DNA of 35,524 nt from an uncultured bacterium (GTDB lineage Bacteria > Schekmanbacteria > GWA2-38-11 > J061), in assembly GCA_964549305.1 (NCBI GenBank), contig CAZJVM010000025.1, positions 1 through 35,524 on the forward strand. The letters are read 5' to 3'. Below are positions 18,061 through 28,428 of this stretch, in pieces. Position numbers and translations under genes: made by a program. Position 1 is the stretch's first letter. The number at the start of each line of letters is the position of its first letter. Under the pieces are notes generated by a model, which made no database searches, was not told the origin of the DNA, and worked only from the letters and a program-made list of their open reading frames with translations.

Positions 18061-18924
18061 TTAAAAACCGTTAAAAGTCACCCATTCTGTATCGGTGAAG
18101 GAATCGGCATAATCGATGAAGTTGTGCCACGCGTCGAGCAGATCACTTTTTTCGCCTTTCCAGTCATCAAAAAAATACCAGTAATGATTTACGCAGATAA
18201 GAGGTTTTTCTTCTCTGCGGCATTCGTCGAATACTTTTACTGCATAATCAAAACATTCCTTTGCGTCCTTTTGAGGAAGGAAAAGGTTTACTCCGAAAAA
18301 AGCTCTTTGCCCTTTGAAAGAAGCTGTTGTGCGGGGCATAATTTTTGATGTGAGTTTTTTTCTAAGCATATATCTCCATTGTTTTATCCGGTCGATTCGC
18401 CCTTTGATATTGAAACTTTCAAAATCAGTGGAGATATTCAATCCTTTTCCAATTATAAAATCGCGCGCTTTTGCGGAAAGCATCTCATAGGGAGGGACAA
18501 CCGTTTTTACGCGAATATCCGGAAAGAGGTTTTCAAGGGTTTTTATTCCTTTGTTAAGATGAGTTTCTATGGATTGTGTATCCTCTTCAAGATACTCGCC
18601 CGTATGGTTGAAACCGTGCAGGAGGATTTCAACGAGTCCTTTGCTTAAATATTCTTTTAGAAAATTGCAAAGCGCTTCATTATCTCCCACCGGAAATTCC
18701 CTGTTTGTCCCTCTGAAAGCAGGCGGCGCGTTCAGGTCAAAATCGGAGTTTAAGATTTTTTTGATGAAATTATGTTTTACCTCTGATGTGGAAATGAATG
18801 GAATTACCGACAAAGAGACGGGATGACCTTTCTCCCAAAGACTGGCATAAACCGTCTCAAGCATTTCAGGCGCCGTGAAAAAGCTCGTGTCGTCATCTCG
18901 TACAATTATTTTCATATTTTCCAT
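18061..18924 (-). CDS. Polysaccharide deacetylase-like protein (CE4/NodB fold, DUF2334-like)
   Basis: IVRDDD, SLSVIP, EILLHGFNH, VPPYE, CVNHYW. Confidence 0.75.
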   Translation of the reverse strand: MENMKIIVRDDDTSFFTAPEMLETVYASLWEKGHPVSLSVIPFISTSEVKHNFIKKILNSDFDLNAPPAFRGTNREFPVGDNEALCNFLKEYLSKGLVEILLHGFNHTGEYLEEDTQSIETHLNKGIKTLENLFPDIRVKTVVPPYEMLSAKARDFIIGKGLNISTDFESFNIKGRIDRIKQWRYMLRKKLTSKIMPRTTASFKGQRAFFGVNLFLPQKDAKECFDYAVKVFDECRREEKPLICVNHYWYFFDDWKGEKSDLLDAWHNFIDYADSFTDTEWVTFNGF

Positions 18925-18985
18925 TATAAGGGATTAAACAGAATATGTCCTGTTTTTGAACAACAGGGCAGTGGAGATGCTTTAC

Positions 18986-19780
18986 TTAAAATGCGCCTCT
19001 TTTTGTGATGATTGCCCAGATGGTTTTAAAAATAGTTTTGATGTCAACGAGCAATGAGTGGGTTTTGACATATTCTACATCAAACTTCAGAGTGTCCTGA
19101 AATCTCAGTCTTCCTCTTCCGTTTATCTGCGCGAATCCCGTAATTCCCGGTTTTACGTCGAGTTTCGTTTTCTGCTCATCGTTATAATACTTAATCATTT
19201 CCGGAATGTCGGGACGAGGACCTACCAAATTCATATTTCCCTTTAAAACGTTTATAAAATTGGGCAATTCGTCAAGACTGGTCTGCCTTAACCATCTTCC
19301 GCATTTTGTAAGGCGGGGGTCTTCGGTTAGCTTGAAATTCATTTTGTTTATTTCTTCTTCCGTATAATCATAGGCATAAAGTTCGGGATAAAGTTCTTTT
19401 GCGTTTTCTTTCATTGTCCTGAACTTATAAAATTTGAATGGCCGCCCTCCAAGGTCCTCAGCTCTTCTGTTTCCTTTCCCCGCGATAAATGAATTGTCCG
19501 TGCCGTGCTGTGAATTTTTTTTACGGGCGTTTTTACCTCTCCTGTTATATCCGATTCGCGTCTGTCTGAATATTGCCGGTCCAGGAGAGTCCATTTTGAT
19601 TATGAGAGCGATAAGAAGGGTCAGTGGAAAGGAAAGAATAAGAATTGTTGCGGACAATAAAATGTTTATCAGACGAAAGACGGGCTTTGCGAAGAAATCA
19701 AGCGCAAATTTCTTCAAAGATGATCTTGCCTTTTTCTTCTCAGCCACAATGAATTTTCCTGTTCCATTCAATGACTTCAT
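18986..19780 (-). CDS. Priming sugar transferase (small monotopic phosphoglycosyl transferase, Bac_transf)
   Basis: IK.DSPGP..FRQ.R.G, YKFRTM, DPRLT..G..LR.TSLDELP, GPRP, KPGITG.AQ. True start may be GTG 19747. Confidence 0.92.
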   Translation of the reverse strand: MKSLNGTGKFIVAEKKKARSSLKKFALDFFAKPVFRLINILLSATILILSFPLTLLIALIIKMDSPGPAIFRQTRIGYNRRGKNARKKNSQHGTDNSFIAGKGNRRAEDLGGRPFKFYKFRTMKENAKELYPELYAYDYTEEEINKMNFKLTEDPRLTKCGRWLRQTSLDELPNFINVLKGNMNLVGPRPDIPEMIKYYNDEQKTKLDVKPGITGFAQINGRGRLRFQDTLKFDVEYVKTHSLLVDIKTIFKTIWAIITKRGAF

Positions 19781-20687
19781 CGACTGTCTCCTCGAGCGAG
19801 CGCGACGGGTTAAAATTCAAGCATTCTTTTGCTTTGGTAATATCGGCAATTGAATTTCTCAACTCTCCAACCTGTTTTTCCTTGTATATTATCTTGTTTT
19901 TATCGGACATTTTTACTCTTACAAGCTTCGCGAGCTCGTTTACCGATGTCGGTTTTTCCGTTCCGATATTAAAACTTCCATTTTTACATTCGCTTTCCAT
20001 TGCAAGAATGTTTGCCTCTGCAATGTCCTCCACGTGTATAAAGTCCCTTCTCTGTTCTCCGTCACCGAATATTTCAATAGCTTCTCCGGCGAGAATCCTG
20101 TTAATGAATATTGTCATTACGCCAACATAGGGAGTAAACTGCTGTCCCGCGCCGAAGGTGTTAAAATACCTCAGAGCAATAGATGATATTCCCATCTCCT
20201 CTCCCATAAGAAGGCAATACTTTTCAGCGGCAAGTTTCGAAATTCCGTATGGTGAAATCGGCTCGAGGGAATGGTTTTCGCTTACAGGGGCAGGTTTTTG
20301 GGAGTCGGCGTATACTGCCATTGATGATGCGTATACAATTTTTCTTACATCCGTATTTCTGCACGAATTTATTATATTTACCGTCCCCATTATGTTCGTT
20401 TCGGCGTCGGTATAAAATTCCTTCATCGATTCTCTTATGGTCACTCTTGCCGCTTCATGAAAAATTATATTGATCCTGTTTTCAGTTAAAATATCCCTTA
20501 CGAGTTTTTTGTCGAGTATATCTCCCTTTATAAATTTTACTTTCGCAGGTATATTCCCGGTCTTCCCCGTTGACAGGTCATCGATTACAAAAACTTCGAG
20601 GTCTTTATCGATGAGTTTTTTTGAAATATGCGAACCGATAAATCCCGCGCCTCCAGTAACGAGAGCTTTTTTATACAGTTTTTTCAT
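19740..20687 (-). CDS. NAD-dependent epimerase/dehydratase (UDP-hexose 4-epimerase-like)
   Basis: TGGAGFIGSH, DDLSTG, SPYGISK, LRYFNTFG, GDGEQRRDFIHV. Confidence 0.9.
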   Translation of the reverse strand: MKKLYKKALVTGGAGFIGSHISKKLIDKDLEVFVIDDLSTGKTGNIPAKVKFIKGDILDKKLVRDILTENRINIIFHEAARVTIRESMKEFYTDAETNIMGTVNIINSCRNTDVRKIVYASSMAVYADSQKPAPVSENHSLEPISPYGISKLAAEKYCLLMGEEMGISSIALRYFNTFGAGQQFTPYVGVMTIFINRILAGEAIEIFGDGEQRRDFIHVEDIAEANILAMESECKNGSFNIGTEKPTSVNELAKLVRVKMSDKNKIIYKEKQVGELRNSIADITKAKECLNFNPSRSLEETVDEVIEWNRKIHCG

Positions 20688-20719
20688 AATAATTGTTTAT
20701 AAAAAAAATTATGTTTTTG

Positions 20720-21667
20720 CTAAAAATAATTTTTACAGCTCAATATTCTTTCAGGGGAAACAATCGAATAACTCAGGTCAACTTCACTGTCAACTACCGT
20801 ATTGCGAAAAATAAGGGAATTGGAAACCGTAATTGGTTTTTTTATAACAACATTATCGCCCACTACGCAATTTTCAATTTTTGCGTCATTCAACTGTACG
20901 TCCTTTCCCAGAAGATTCTCAGAGGGCATTGTCTTTAAAAGCTCTATGTTGCACCTGAGAAGGTCGTGAGGCGATGTGAGGTTTATGTCGGCTTTGATTG
21001 CGCGCGAAGGGACTACAGAAAAACCGAAATCGATTAATATCTGTATGGAATCGGTCAATTCAAACTCATTGCGCATTGCGGTCCTGGGAGTCCTTCTGAT
21101 TGCGTCAAATATATGCGTGTCAAACAGGTATATTCCGCATCCCTTTAAATTCGTTGTCAAATATCTCGGTTTTTCTATTACCTGTATAACCTTGTCCGAG
21201 GAGTCAAGAAGTACAACAAAATTTTTTCTGATTTCCTCGGGTTTTTTTTCGTCAATTACTGCGATAACGGCATTGTTGCCGTCTCTGTCCATAAGTTCAA
21301 CCATTTCGCTCAAATTGTTTGATATAAAGAATATATCTCCCAGAAAAAGGAGAAACTTCGATGAAATATAAGGTTCGATTTTCCCTACTGCGTGGGCGAT
21401 TCCCAGATATTCCCTCTGCTCCACATACTTTATATTTACCCCGAATTTGCTCCCGTCGCCCATATACCTGTCAATCTGATGGCTTAAATGACCCACCACG
21501 AGTATGATGTCTTTAATTCCCGCTTCTTTCATTATATTAATCTGATGCGCTATAAGTGGTTTGTTGCAGATTGGCAGAAGGCTTTTTGGTATTTCCGTGC
21601 TGAATGGCGACATCCTTTTTCCCCTGCCTGCCGCCATTATGACTCCTGTTAATTTTTCTTCTTTCAT
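20720..21667 (-). CDS. Glucose-1-phosphate thymidylyltransferase-like nucleotidyltransferase (long form)
   Basis: MAAGRGKRM.P...PKSLLP, LGIAHAV, LGDIF, IEKP, RNEFELTDSIQ, short C-terminal LbH region. Confidence 0.85.
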   Translation of the reverse strand: MKEEKLTGVIMAAGRGKRMSPFSTEIPKSLLPICNKPLIAHQINIMKEAGIKDIILVVGHLSHQIDRYMGDGSKFGVNIKYVEQREYLGIAHAVGKIEPYISSKFLLFLGDIFFISNNLSEMVELMDRDGNNAVIAVIDEKKPEEIRKNFVVLLDSSDKVIQVIEKPRYLTTNLKGCGIYLFDTHIFDAIRRTPRTAMRNEFELTDSIQILIDFGFSVVPSRAIKADINLTSPHDLLRCNIELLKTMPSENLLGKDVQLNDAKIENCVVGDNVVIKKPITVSNSLIFRNTVVDSEVDLSYSIVSPERILSCKNYF

Positions 21668-21685
21668 TTGATTTCGCAGTTAGGA

Positions 21686-22810
21686 TTATTTATTAACTGA
21701 ATTATAAACTTCATTGTAAACTTCAAGAGTCTTTCTTGCCGTATTTTCCCAGGTAAAAAGCGATGCCCTTGCCAGTCCTTTTTCTATTAATGACTCACGG
21801 ACTGTTTTGTCGTTTATTGCCAGGGCGCATTTTTCGGCGATGTCCTCAATTTTGTAAGGGTCAGCGGTAATTGCCGCATTGCCAACAACTTCAGGCAGGG
21901 AAGTGACATTTGAAGTTACAACGGGAATGCCGCATGCCATTGCCTCGAGGGGAGGGAGTCCGAATCCTTCAAAAAGCGAAGGGAAAACGAACAAATCCGC
22001 TCCGTTGTATATATGCGGAAGATCGGCATAATCTATGTGACCCAATTCGATTACGTCATTTTGGAGTCCGAGGTTTTTAATATCATCTGTAACTCCCTGT
22101 GATTCCCACATCTTTCTTCCTACAAGAAGAAGTTTTTGGCTGATACCCATTTTTTTTTTCATTATCTGAAATGAATCAATGAGCCTTTTGGTGTTTTTCC
22201 TTGCCTGAAGTTTTCCCACATAGAGGATGTAACTGTCGTCGATGCCGTATTTCTTTAAAACAGCATTAACTTTGTCTTTTTCTTTAATCGGACGGTAACA
22301 TTTATCTACTCCCGAATAGATAACCGATATTTTTTCAGGTTCTATTTTAAAAAACTTGATTATGTCCTTTTTGGTTGTCTCGGAAACGGAGATTATTTTC
22401 ACGGCATTTTTAATGCCTTTCCCTAAGAGGAAATTTGCCCGCAGACGAATTTTTGCAGGAAAATATTCAGGATGAATATATGTGCAGAGGTCGTGAACAG
22501 TAAGTATATATTTTTTTGGAGAAACAAGTGAAGGCGCCATACATACGTGAAGAAGATCAATGTTTTCATTATGGACCTCAAAGGGCAGTCCCACGGAAAA
22601 TCGAATCAATTTTGAACGGGGATTTACCGGTTTTGCGGTAAAATTTGTATGGGTTTTCAACATTTCAGACAGACCCTCAACAGATGAACAGAATATTCTG
22701 TACTGATTTTTATTGTCTGTGTCCATAAGCCCTTTGACAAGGCCTAATTCATAGGTTTCAACTCCCCCTCCCTGTGTTCCTATTCTTTCAGCAAAAATTC
22801 CAATATTCAT
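21686..22810 (-). CDS. Glycosyltransferase family 4
   Basis: [44 protein letters not shown]. Confidence 0.93.
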   Translation of the reverse strand: MNIGIFAERIGTQGGGVETYELGLVKGLMDTDNKNQYRIFCSSVEGLSEMLKTHTNFTAKPVNPRSKLIRFSVGLPFEVHNENIDLLHVCMAPSLVSPKKYILTVHDLCTYIHPEYFPAKIRLRANFLLGKGIKNAVKIISVSETTKKDIIKFFKIEPEKISVIYSGVDKCYRPIKEKDKVNAVLKKYGIDDSYILYVGKLQARKNTKRLIDSFQIMKKKMGISQKLLLVGRKMWESQGVTDDIKNLGLQNDVIELGHIDYADLPHIYNGADLFVFPSLFEGFGLPPLEAMACGIPVVTSNVTSLPEVVGNAAITADPYKIEDIAEKCALAINDKTVRESLIEKGLARASLFTWENTARKTLEVYNEVYNSVNK

Positions 22811-22828
22811 TCTTGTTCGTATCTCTTG

Positions 22829-24241
22829 TCATCGGGGTTTTTTTGCCGGGATCTTTTTATCCGACTTTCTCATTACATTTACGGCATAAAGGCTTCTTAG
22901 CTTGGAGTAATAGCGAAAGTTTATTAAACTGCGATCTATTAATTCTATGAAAGCCCTTTTAGGATTGTATTTTATGAATACATTAAATCCGAAATACTGC
23001 CTTATGCGCTTAAGTTTCGAAAATGGAATAGTAGGGTGTTTAACATTTGTTGACGAATAGTAGGAGTTTAAAGTTATTGTTTTGTCCAGCCATCCGTTTT
23101 TTTCGCACAAATCATAAAGGTAGGTGCCTTTATACGCGGTAAAAATTGACACAGCAAGAAAATCGGGCTGAATTTTTCTGTTAATTTCTATGGTTTTTCG
23201 GATGTTTTCAACATTTTCCTGCGGAAGCCCGATCATATTGTATGTATATAGATTCATTCCGTATTTCTTTATGAGACGGCTTCCTTCGATAATCTGCTCA
23301 TCGGTGATGCTTCTTTTAAGAATATGTTTTCTTATTTCAATATCTCCGGATTCCACGCCGATTGATACTCTGTCGCACCCTGCTTCTGAAAGATATTGGC
23401 ACATCTCTTCGTCAATGTTGTTAATTCTTGCGTTGATATGAAAAGGGAGATTTACTTCCTTTTTGAGTTTTTCACATAACTCTTTCACGCGCGATTTTTT
23501 AAGCGTAAAAGTATCATCAAAAAACTCCACTCTTTTTATGTCGTATTTTTTTACCGCGTTTTTAATCTCGTCAATTATGTAATCAGTATTTCTGTAACGC
23601 ACATAACGTCCTTTTTTCTCGTAAAGGCCGGAATAAGTGCGGTTTATACAATATGTGCATTGGTACGGACAACCGCGTGAGCCGAGAAAGGATGCTACCA
23701 TATTGTGATTTTTAAGGTATCTCGGATAATCGTAAATATCCAAATCAAGATAAGGGAGTGAGTCGAGGTCCTGTATTAAGGGCCTGAGGTCATTTTTTAT
23801 GATATTTCCCTTTTTTTTGAACCATATATTTCTGATATCCGTTCTCTTTTCTCCTCTCTCGAGGGATTCCGTAAGTTCGACTATCGCCTCTTCGCCTTCT
23901 CCCAGGCAAATCATATCGAAACATTCTTCCTTTATGCTTTCTTCGGGGGCGATAGTGGGGTGGATGCCTCCTATAATTGTGGGAATTTGGAACTTCTCTT
24001 TAATCAGTTTCGCGACGTACTTTGAATAGGCAAAGTTGCAGGAGAGGGAAGAGAATGCAATCAATTGGGGATTGAATTTTTTCACCTTATTAAGAATCTG
24101 CTCGTCTTTCAGGCCGAATGTGGTGTCTATGAGGTCAACTTCGTGTCCGGCTTTTTTAAGCACCGCGGATAATATGGCAATCCCGATTGATATGTCCTTC
24201 GGGTGCTGTACCACATTTCCGTAAACTAACTGAACTTTCAT
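22829..24241 (-). CDS. Cobalamin-binding radical SAM protein (class B-like)
   Basis: N-terminal B12-binding domain (GGIHPT, GEGE), SRGCPYQCTYC, FFDDTF, GVESG, MIGLP. Confidence 0.92.
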   Translation of the reverse strand: MKVQLVYGNVVQHPKDISIGIAILSAVLKKAGHEVDLIDTTFGLKDEQILNKVKKFNPQLIAFSSLSCNFAYSKYVAKLIKEKFQIPTIIGGIHPTIAPEESIKEECFDMICLGEGEEAIVELTESLERGEKRTDIRNIWFKKKGNIIKNDLRPLIQDLDSLPYLDLDIYDYPRYLKNHNMVASFLGSRGCPYQCTYCINRTYSGLYEKKGRYVRYRNTDYIIDEIKNAVKKYDIKRVEFFDDTFTLKKSRVKELCEKLKKEVNLPFHINARINNIDEEMCQYLSEAGCDRVSIGVESGDIEIRKHILKRSITDEQIIEGSRLIKKYGMNLYTYNMIGLPQENVENIRKTIEINRKIQPDFLAVSIFTAYKGTYLYDLCEKNGWLDKTITLNSYYSSTNVKHPTIPFSKLKRIRQYFGFNVFIKYNPKRAFIELIDRSLINFRYYSKLRSLYAVNVMRKSDKKIPAKKPR

Positions 24242-24253
24242 ATTGTTCTTCTT

Positions 24254-25153
24254 TTATTTTTTAAATTCGTTTAAAAACAGATGAAATAATGTCCTCACAG
24301 TCAAAGTGACGAAAGAAAATAATTTCATAGGCGAAAAAGTACCACTCGCATTGTGCTTGCTATAATAGTTATAAGCTCCTCTGTGAAAGTCAATTATCAT
24401 TTTAGGATTTTTCCTTCTTTCGGGTTGATACCTTTCATAGTGTATAACCTTTGACGAAGGGATGCAGAATATTTTGTAACCTTCATCTTTTGCTCTTTTG
24501 CACCAATCCACATCAGTCCAATAAACGAAAAAATCCTCATCCATAAACTTCAACTTACTTACTACCTTTTTTTTCATCATCATACAAGCGGCTGAAACAT
24601 AGTCAACTTCAAAAGGGTTGGTTGTGTCTATGTTGTCAATGCACATAAACTTTGCGGATATGGGATTGTTCGGAAATATTCTGGTAACGAGTGCTCGCCT
24701 TCCGAAAAGCCCGCTTAAAAGGTTTGGGAATCGTCTCGCGGTTTCCTGAATACTTCCGTCTTCATTGAAAACCCTTGCCCCCACGACTCCGACATCTTCA
24801 TTTTTACGGAGAAAATCAACGAGATTTTGAAGCGCGCGGGGTTTGACTTCTGTATCGCTGTCGAGAAAAAGAATATAATCTCCGCTGATTTTTTTTAGAA
24901 TCTCGTTTATTGCCCGGCTTAATCCCACATTTTCCTTATTCTTCATTAAACGGACTTTGGGAAATTTGGTTTCCACCATATGGGCGCTTCCGTCATTTGA
25001 GTTGTTGTCGAATACGAATATTTCCGTTTCAAGGGAATTTTTTTTGGCAGATACGGATTCAAGGCATTTCTCGATTTCCTTGCAGTTATTGTAATTAACA
25101 ATTGCTATTGATAACATTTTTCTATCGTATTTTGAAAATATGAGTTTGTCCAA
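24254..25153 (-). CDS. Glycosyltransferase family 2 (WbbL/rhamnosyltransferase-like)
   Basis: SIAIVNYN, DNNSNDGS, LDSD, SAACM, MDEDFFVYWTDVDWC. Start may be ATG 25117. Confidence 0.9.
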   Translation of the reverse strand: MDKLIFSKYDRKMLSIAIVNYNNCKEIEKCLESVSAKKNSLETEIFVFDNNSNDGSAHMVETKFPKVRLMKNKENVGLSRAINEILKKISGDYILFLDSDTEVKPRALQNLVDFLRKNEDVGVVGARVFNEDGSIQETARRFPNLLSGLFGRRALVTRIFPNNPISAKFMCIDNIDTTNPFEVDYVSAACMMMKKKVVSKLKFMDEDFFVYWTDVDWCKRAKDEGYKIFCIPSSKVIHYERYQPERRKNPKMIIDFHRGAYNYYSKHNASGTFSPMKLFSFVTLTVRTLFHLFLNEFKK

Positions 25154-25233
25154 TAAGAAAAAATAGTTCGATTCTAATAGGGGGAAAAAACCATAATTCC
25201 ATTTATTTGCGTTTTATATATGTTGCAGTTTTT

Positions 25234-26163
25234 TTAGCTTCGCACGGTGTTAATAAACTTTTTCAATGCTGTCAATCTTGTTTTGCTTTTTTCATCTTTA
25301 TAGATAAGATATTTAAGGCGGGCAAGGGTATATCTTGAAAGAAGTCCGGAAAAATATAGTTTTTCGGCGATAAACGCGCCGGAAGGACTGTTGAAGTTCA
25401 AAAGATAGTCTCTGTATGAAAGTCTGTTTTTCTTTTCCGCTTTTTCGCCAACCTTTAAAACGGATTGATTTTCAAAGTGAATTACTTTTGCCTGCGGTAA
25501 AAATATTATTTTGTAACCCTTTTTCTTAATCCTGTAACACCATTCCTGGTCTTCAAAATAAAGAAAGAAACTTTCATTCAACGGGCCTGTTTTATCGAAA
25601 ACTTTATGGCGCAGCATTATGCAGGCACCGGATACCCAGTCAACTTCAAGGGGTTTTTGTTTTTTAGAGCGCATATAAAGTCCTCTGATTCGCGAAGATG
25701 AGGGAAATAACTTTGTCAATCCGGAAACCTCGCAAAAGATAACGAAAAGCTCAGGAAAGGACCCTGCAGTACTCGGATGAATGTTTCCTTTCTCATCTGT
25801 AAGGGAAGGCCCCACTACGCCGGTGTCCGAATGGTTTTCAAGATAATCAGTCATTTTGTCTACGGCGCCTTCGGTAAGAAGGGTGTCAGGATTCAAAAGC
25901 ATTATGTTTTTCCCTTTACACCGTGACAAGGCGAGATTATTGCCTGCGGCAAATCCGAGGTTTTTTTCGCTTTTTATAATTTCAACATTATTGTGCGTCT
26001 TTTCCAATCGCGCAATGCTATCATCTGTAGACGCGTTATCAGTGACAATAATTTCATAATCTATCCCTTTTACGGTGTTTTTTATGGAATCTACGCATTG
26101 TGTTAAAAGCGCGCCTGTATTCCAGTTCACAATGATTATTGACAGGTCCTTATCAAAATTCAT
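25234..26163 (-). CDS. Glycosyltransferase family 2 (WbbL/rhamnosyltransferase-like)
   Basis: SIIIVNWN, DNASTDDS, NLGFAAGNN, LNPD, VDWVSGAC, FFLYFEDQEWC. Confidence 0.9.
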   Translation of the reverse strand: MNFDKDLSIIIVNWNTGALLTQCVDSIKNTVKGIDYEIIVTDNASTDDSIARLEKTHNNVEIIKSEKNLGFAAGNNLALSRCKGKNIMLLNPDTLLTEGAVDKMTDYLENHSDTGVVGPSLTDEKGNIHPSTAGSFPELFVIFCEVSGLTKLFPSSSRIRGLYMRSKKQKPLEVDWVSGACIMLRHKVFDKTGPLNESFFLYFEDQEWCYRIKKKGYKIIFLPQAKVIHFENQSVLKVGEKAEKKNRLSYRDYLLNFNSPSGAFIAEKLYFSGLLSRYTLARLKYLIYKDEKSKTRLTALKKFINTVRS

Positions 26164-27641
26164 TTTAAGATCTCTGCTGAAACAGGTTTGATATCGTCAG
26201 TCTCTTCATCTTCTATTTTTTTCATTGCAACCAGAGTTCCCCCGTAAAGAAAGAGAATCGTCTGGATCGCTTCTTCTCCGAATAAGTCGATTCCCATATG
26301 AATTGCCGCGCCGCAGAATGAGGAAAGAATACCTATGGTTATTACTGTCATAAGATTATCGCCCGCGCGCATCACTTTTATTCCGGCGGAGAGGTTTTTT
26401 GAGTAAAAGATTAGCAGAAACAGTAATCCAATTAATCCCACTTCCGTTGCAACAATAAGATAGTAATTGTGAACGGGATATCCTATGGTAACATCTTTCG
26501 TATCATAATCGGGAAGATGAATAACCGATGTATTCAACCCGAATCCCAAAACAGGATGGTCTTTGAGCATTTTCAATCCCACTTTGCTCATTTCTATTCT
26601 TTGTTCAAATGCTCCCTTTCTTGTGTTCATAAATTTTTCTATTTTCCCCGTAAGAAAGAAGGACGATATTATCGCGATGAGGCAAACGGTTATAAAAGCT
26701 TCTTTGGGGAGAATTCTCTTCCATATCAAAAGCAGGAAAGCGACGGTAAGCGCGATTGCCGTGCCAATCAATCCGCCTCTGGAAAAAGTAAAGTAAAGCC
26801 CTATGCTCGCGAGGATGAATGCCGAGGCATATAAAATAATTTCGTACCACTTCCTTCTGATAACCGCCAGGCAAAAAATAAGGGGGAGCATCAGCTCGAA
26901 ATACATTGCTTCGATGTTGTGCGGACCAACTGTGCCGCTTCCCCTCATCGTGTCGTCATCGAGTCCGTAACCTACGGTTAACCCCTGAGGTTTATCTTCG
27001 ATGATGTTGCTGGCGTAAGAATATCCCGTAAGACTTACGGAAATCTGGTATTTGTATTCCAGAATGCATATTGCCCCTTGAATTATTGCGCCTATTGCAA
27101 GGCAGATTACGAGTGTTTTTAAATCTTTTTTGGATTTAACGGTGTTCGTTATAAAAATATAGAAGAGCAGAAACTTGATTAATCGCAGTAATTCAAAAAT
27201 GCTGTATGAGAGATTTATCGAATTTACGAATGAAAGAAGCGACCATATAATAAAAAGCGTAAGATAGACTGCCGGTTTGGGAAAAAAGAAACTTTCTCTC
27301 CTAGTGCATAACCTGAATCCCCATATTGCAAAAAGAATGAAAAGAATTATATCGCTGAATAAAATCCGCAATACAGGAGGCGAACCTGAAGGCACTCCGT
27401 ATCTGCCCATTACCGACTCCATAAACTCCCTGCTTCCCAATATTTTGGGAGCTACGAGAGGTATTGCGAGAATAAATATTATAAACCAGTATCGCTTTCT
27501 GTCTTTTGCGAAAATTTGGGAGATAAATACAACGACTCCCGTTATTCCCGCGATTGCAACGGAAAGTTTGAAGTCCATTACAAGGAGTATGATGAAGGCG
27601 AATAGGGCGCTTATCGCCGTTGTAAGCGTAAAATTGAACAT
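26160..27641 (-). CDS. O-antigen ligase/polymerase family membrane protein (Wzy_C)
   Basis: Multi-TM protein, R..GT.G..N, TFSRGG, HPVLGFG, VHNYYLIVATEVGLIG. Confidence 0.85.
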   Translation of the reverse strand: MFNFTLTTAISALFAFIILLVMDFKLSVAIAGITGVVVFISQIFAKDRKRYWFIIFILAIPLVAPKILGSREFMESVMGRYGVPSGSPPVLRILFSDIILFILFAIWGFRLCTRRESFFFPKPAVYLTLFIIWSLLSFVNSINLSYSIFELLRLIKFLLFYIFITNTVKSKKDLKTLVICLAIGAIIQGAICILEYKYQISVSLTGYSYASNIIEDKPQGLTVGYGLDDDTMRGSGTVGPHNIEAMYFELMLPLIFCLAVIRRKWYEIILYASAFILASIGLYFTFSRGGLIGTAIALTVAFLLLIWKRILPKEAFITVCLIAIISSFFLTGKIEKFMNTRKGAFEQRIEMSKVGLKMLKDHPVLGFGLNTSVIHLPDYDTKDVTIGYPVHNYYLIVATEVGLIGLLFLLIFYSKNLSAGIKVMRAGDNLMTVITIGILSSFCGAAIHMGIDLFGEEAIQTILFLYGGTLVAMKKIEDEETDDIKPVSAEILK

Positions 27642-27688
27642 TCTCTTACCGGTTTGTGCAGTAGTAATACATTATAAAAATGTATTAT

Positions 27689-28411
27689 CTAAAGTCGTTT
27701 GTAAATAAATCTCGGAATAAAATGTTTTCTGCGGTTTATAATCGCACCCAGTAAATTGGCGTTTCTTTTTTCAAGATTTAACCTTACCTTTTCAACAATC
27801 TGACGGCGTGTTTTATGTGCCTGAATAACAAGAATGGTGCCGTCAACATAAGGGGCGATAAAGAGCGAATCGGGATAATTATTCAAAGGCGCGCTGTCAA
27901 TGATGATAAAATCATAATCTTTTTTCAGTCCGTCATTGAGAATCGTTTTTATTTTATCTCCATTAAAACCCGGAGCAAGTTTGTCTCCTTTTTTCATAGC
28001 GGGAGCAATGTAAAGATTGTCTATGTCAGTTTTTCTTACGGTTTGTCGAAAATCGACTTCCTTGTCCGCAGTGAAGCAGTCTTTTACTACCGGTGTATCA
28101 GATTCGGCGAATCGGGAAAAGAAAGATGACCTGAAATTCATATCGATTAAAAGCACGGATTTGTTGTCTGTTTTCGACAATGTTTTTGCAAGGTGCAGAG
28201 CGATGAATGTGGTTCCTTCCCTGTGTAATGATGAGGTGAGCAGAATAATTTTAGGTGATTTGCCTCTATTGATATTTTCCCCGTCGCCTTCTGACATATT
28301 ATGCAATACGATTCCGTTTGCCAGTTGATAGAGCGAGTTGGAAACATCGCCGGGAAGGGATTTTCTGAAATATTTTTCCTTTAAATTTATCGTATCCATT
28401 TTGTTTGGCAA
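27689..28411 (-). CDS. CpsD/CapB-family BY-kinase domain with degenerate Walker A
   Basis: TSSLHREGTT (no Lys), LLIDMNFR, YDFIIIDSAP, DGTILVI, LLGAIIN. Confidence 0.85.
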   Translation of the reverse strand: MPNKMDTINLKEKYFRKSLPGDVSNSLYQLANGIVLHNMSEGDGENINRGKSPKIILLTSSLHREGTTFIALHLAKTLSKTDNKSVLLIDMNFRSSFFSRFAESDTPVVKDCFTADKEVDFRQTVRKTDIDNLYIAPAMKKGDKLAPGFNGDKIKTILNDGLKKDYDFIIIDSAPLNNYPDSLFIAPYVDGTILVIQAHKTRRQIVEKVRLNLEKRNANLLGAIINRRKHFIPRFIYKRL

Positions 28412-28428
28412 ATTTCTTTCATAGATAA

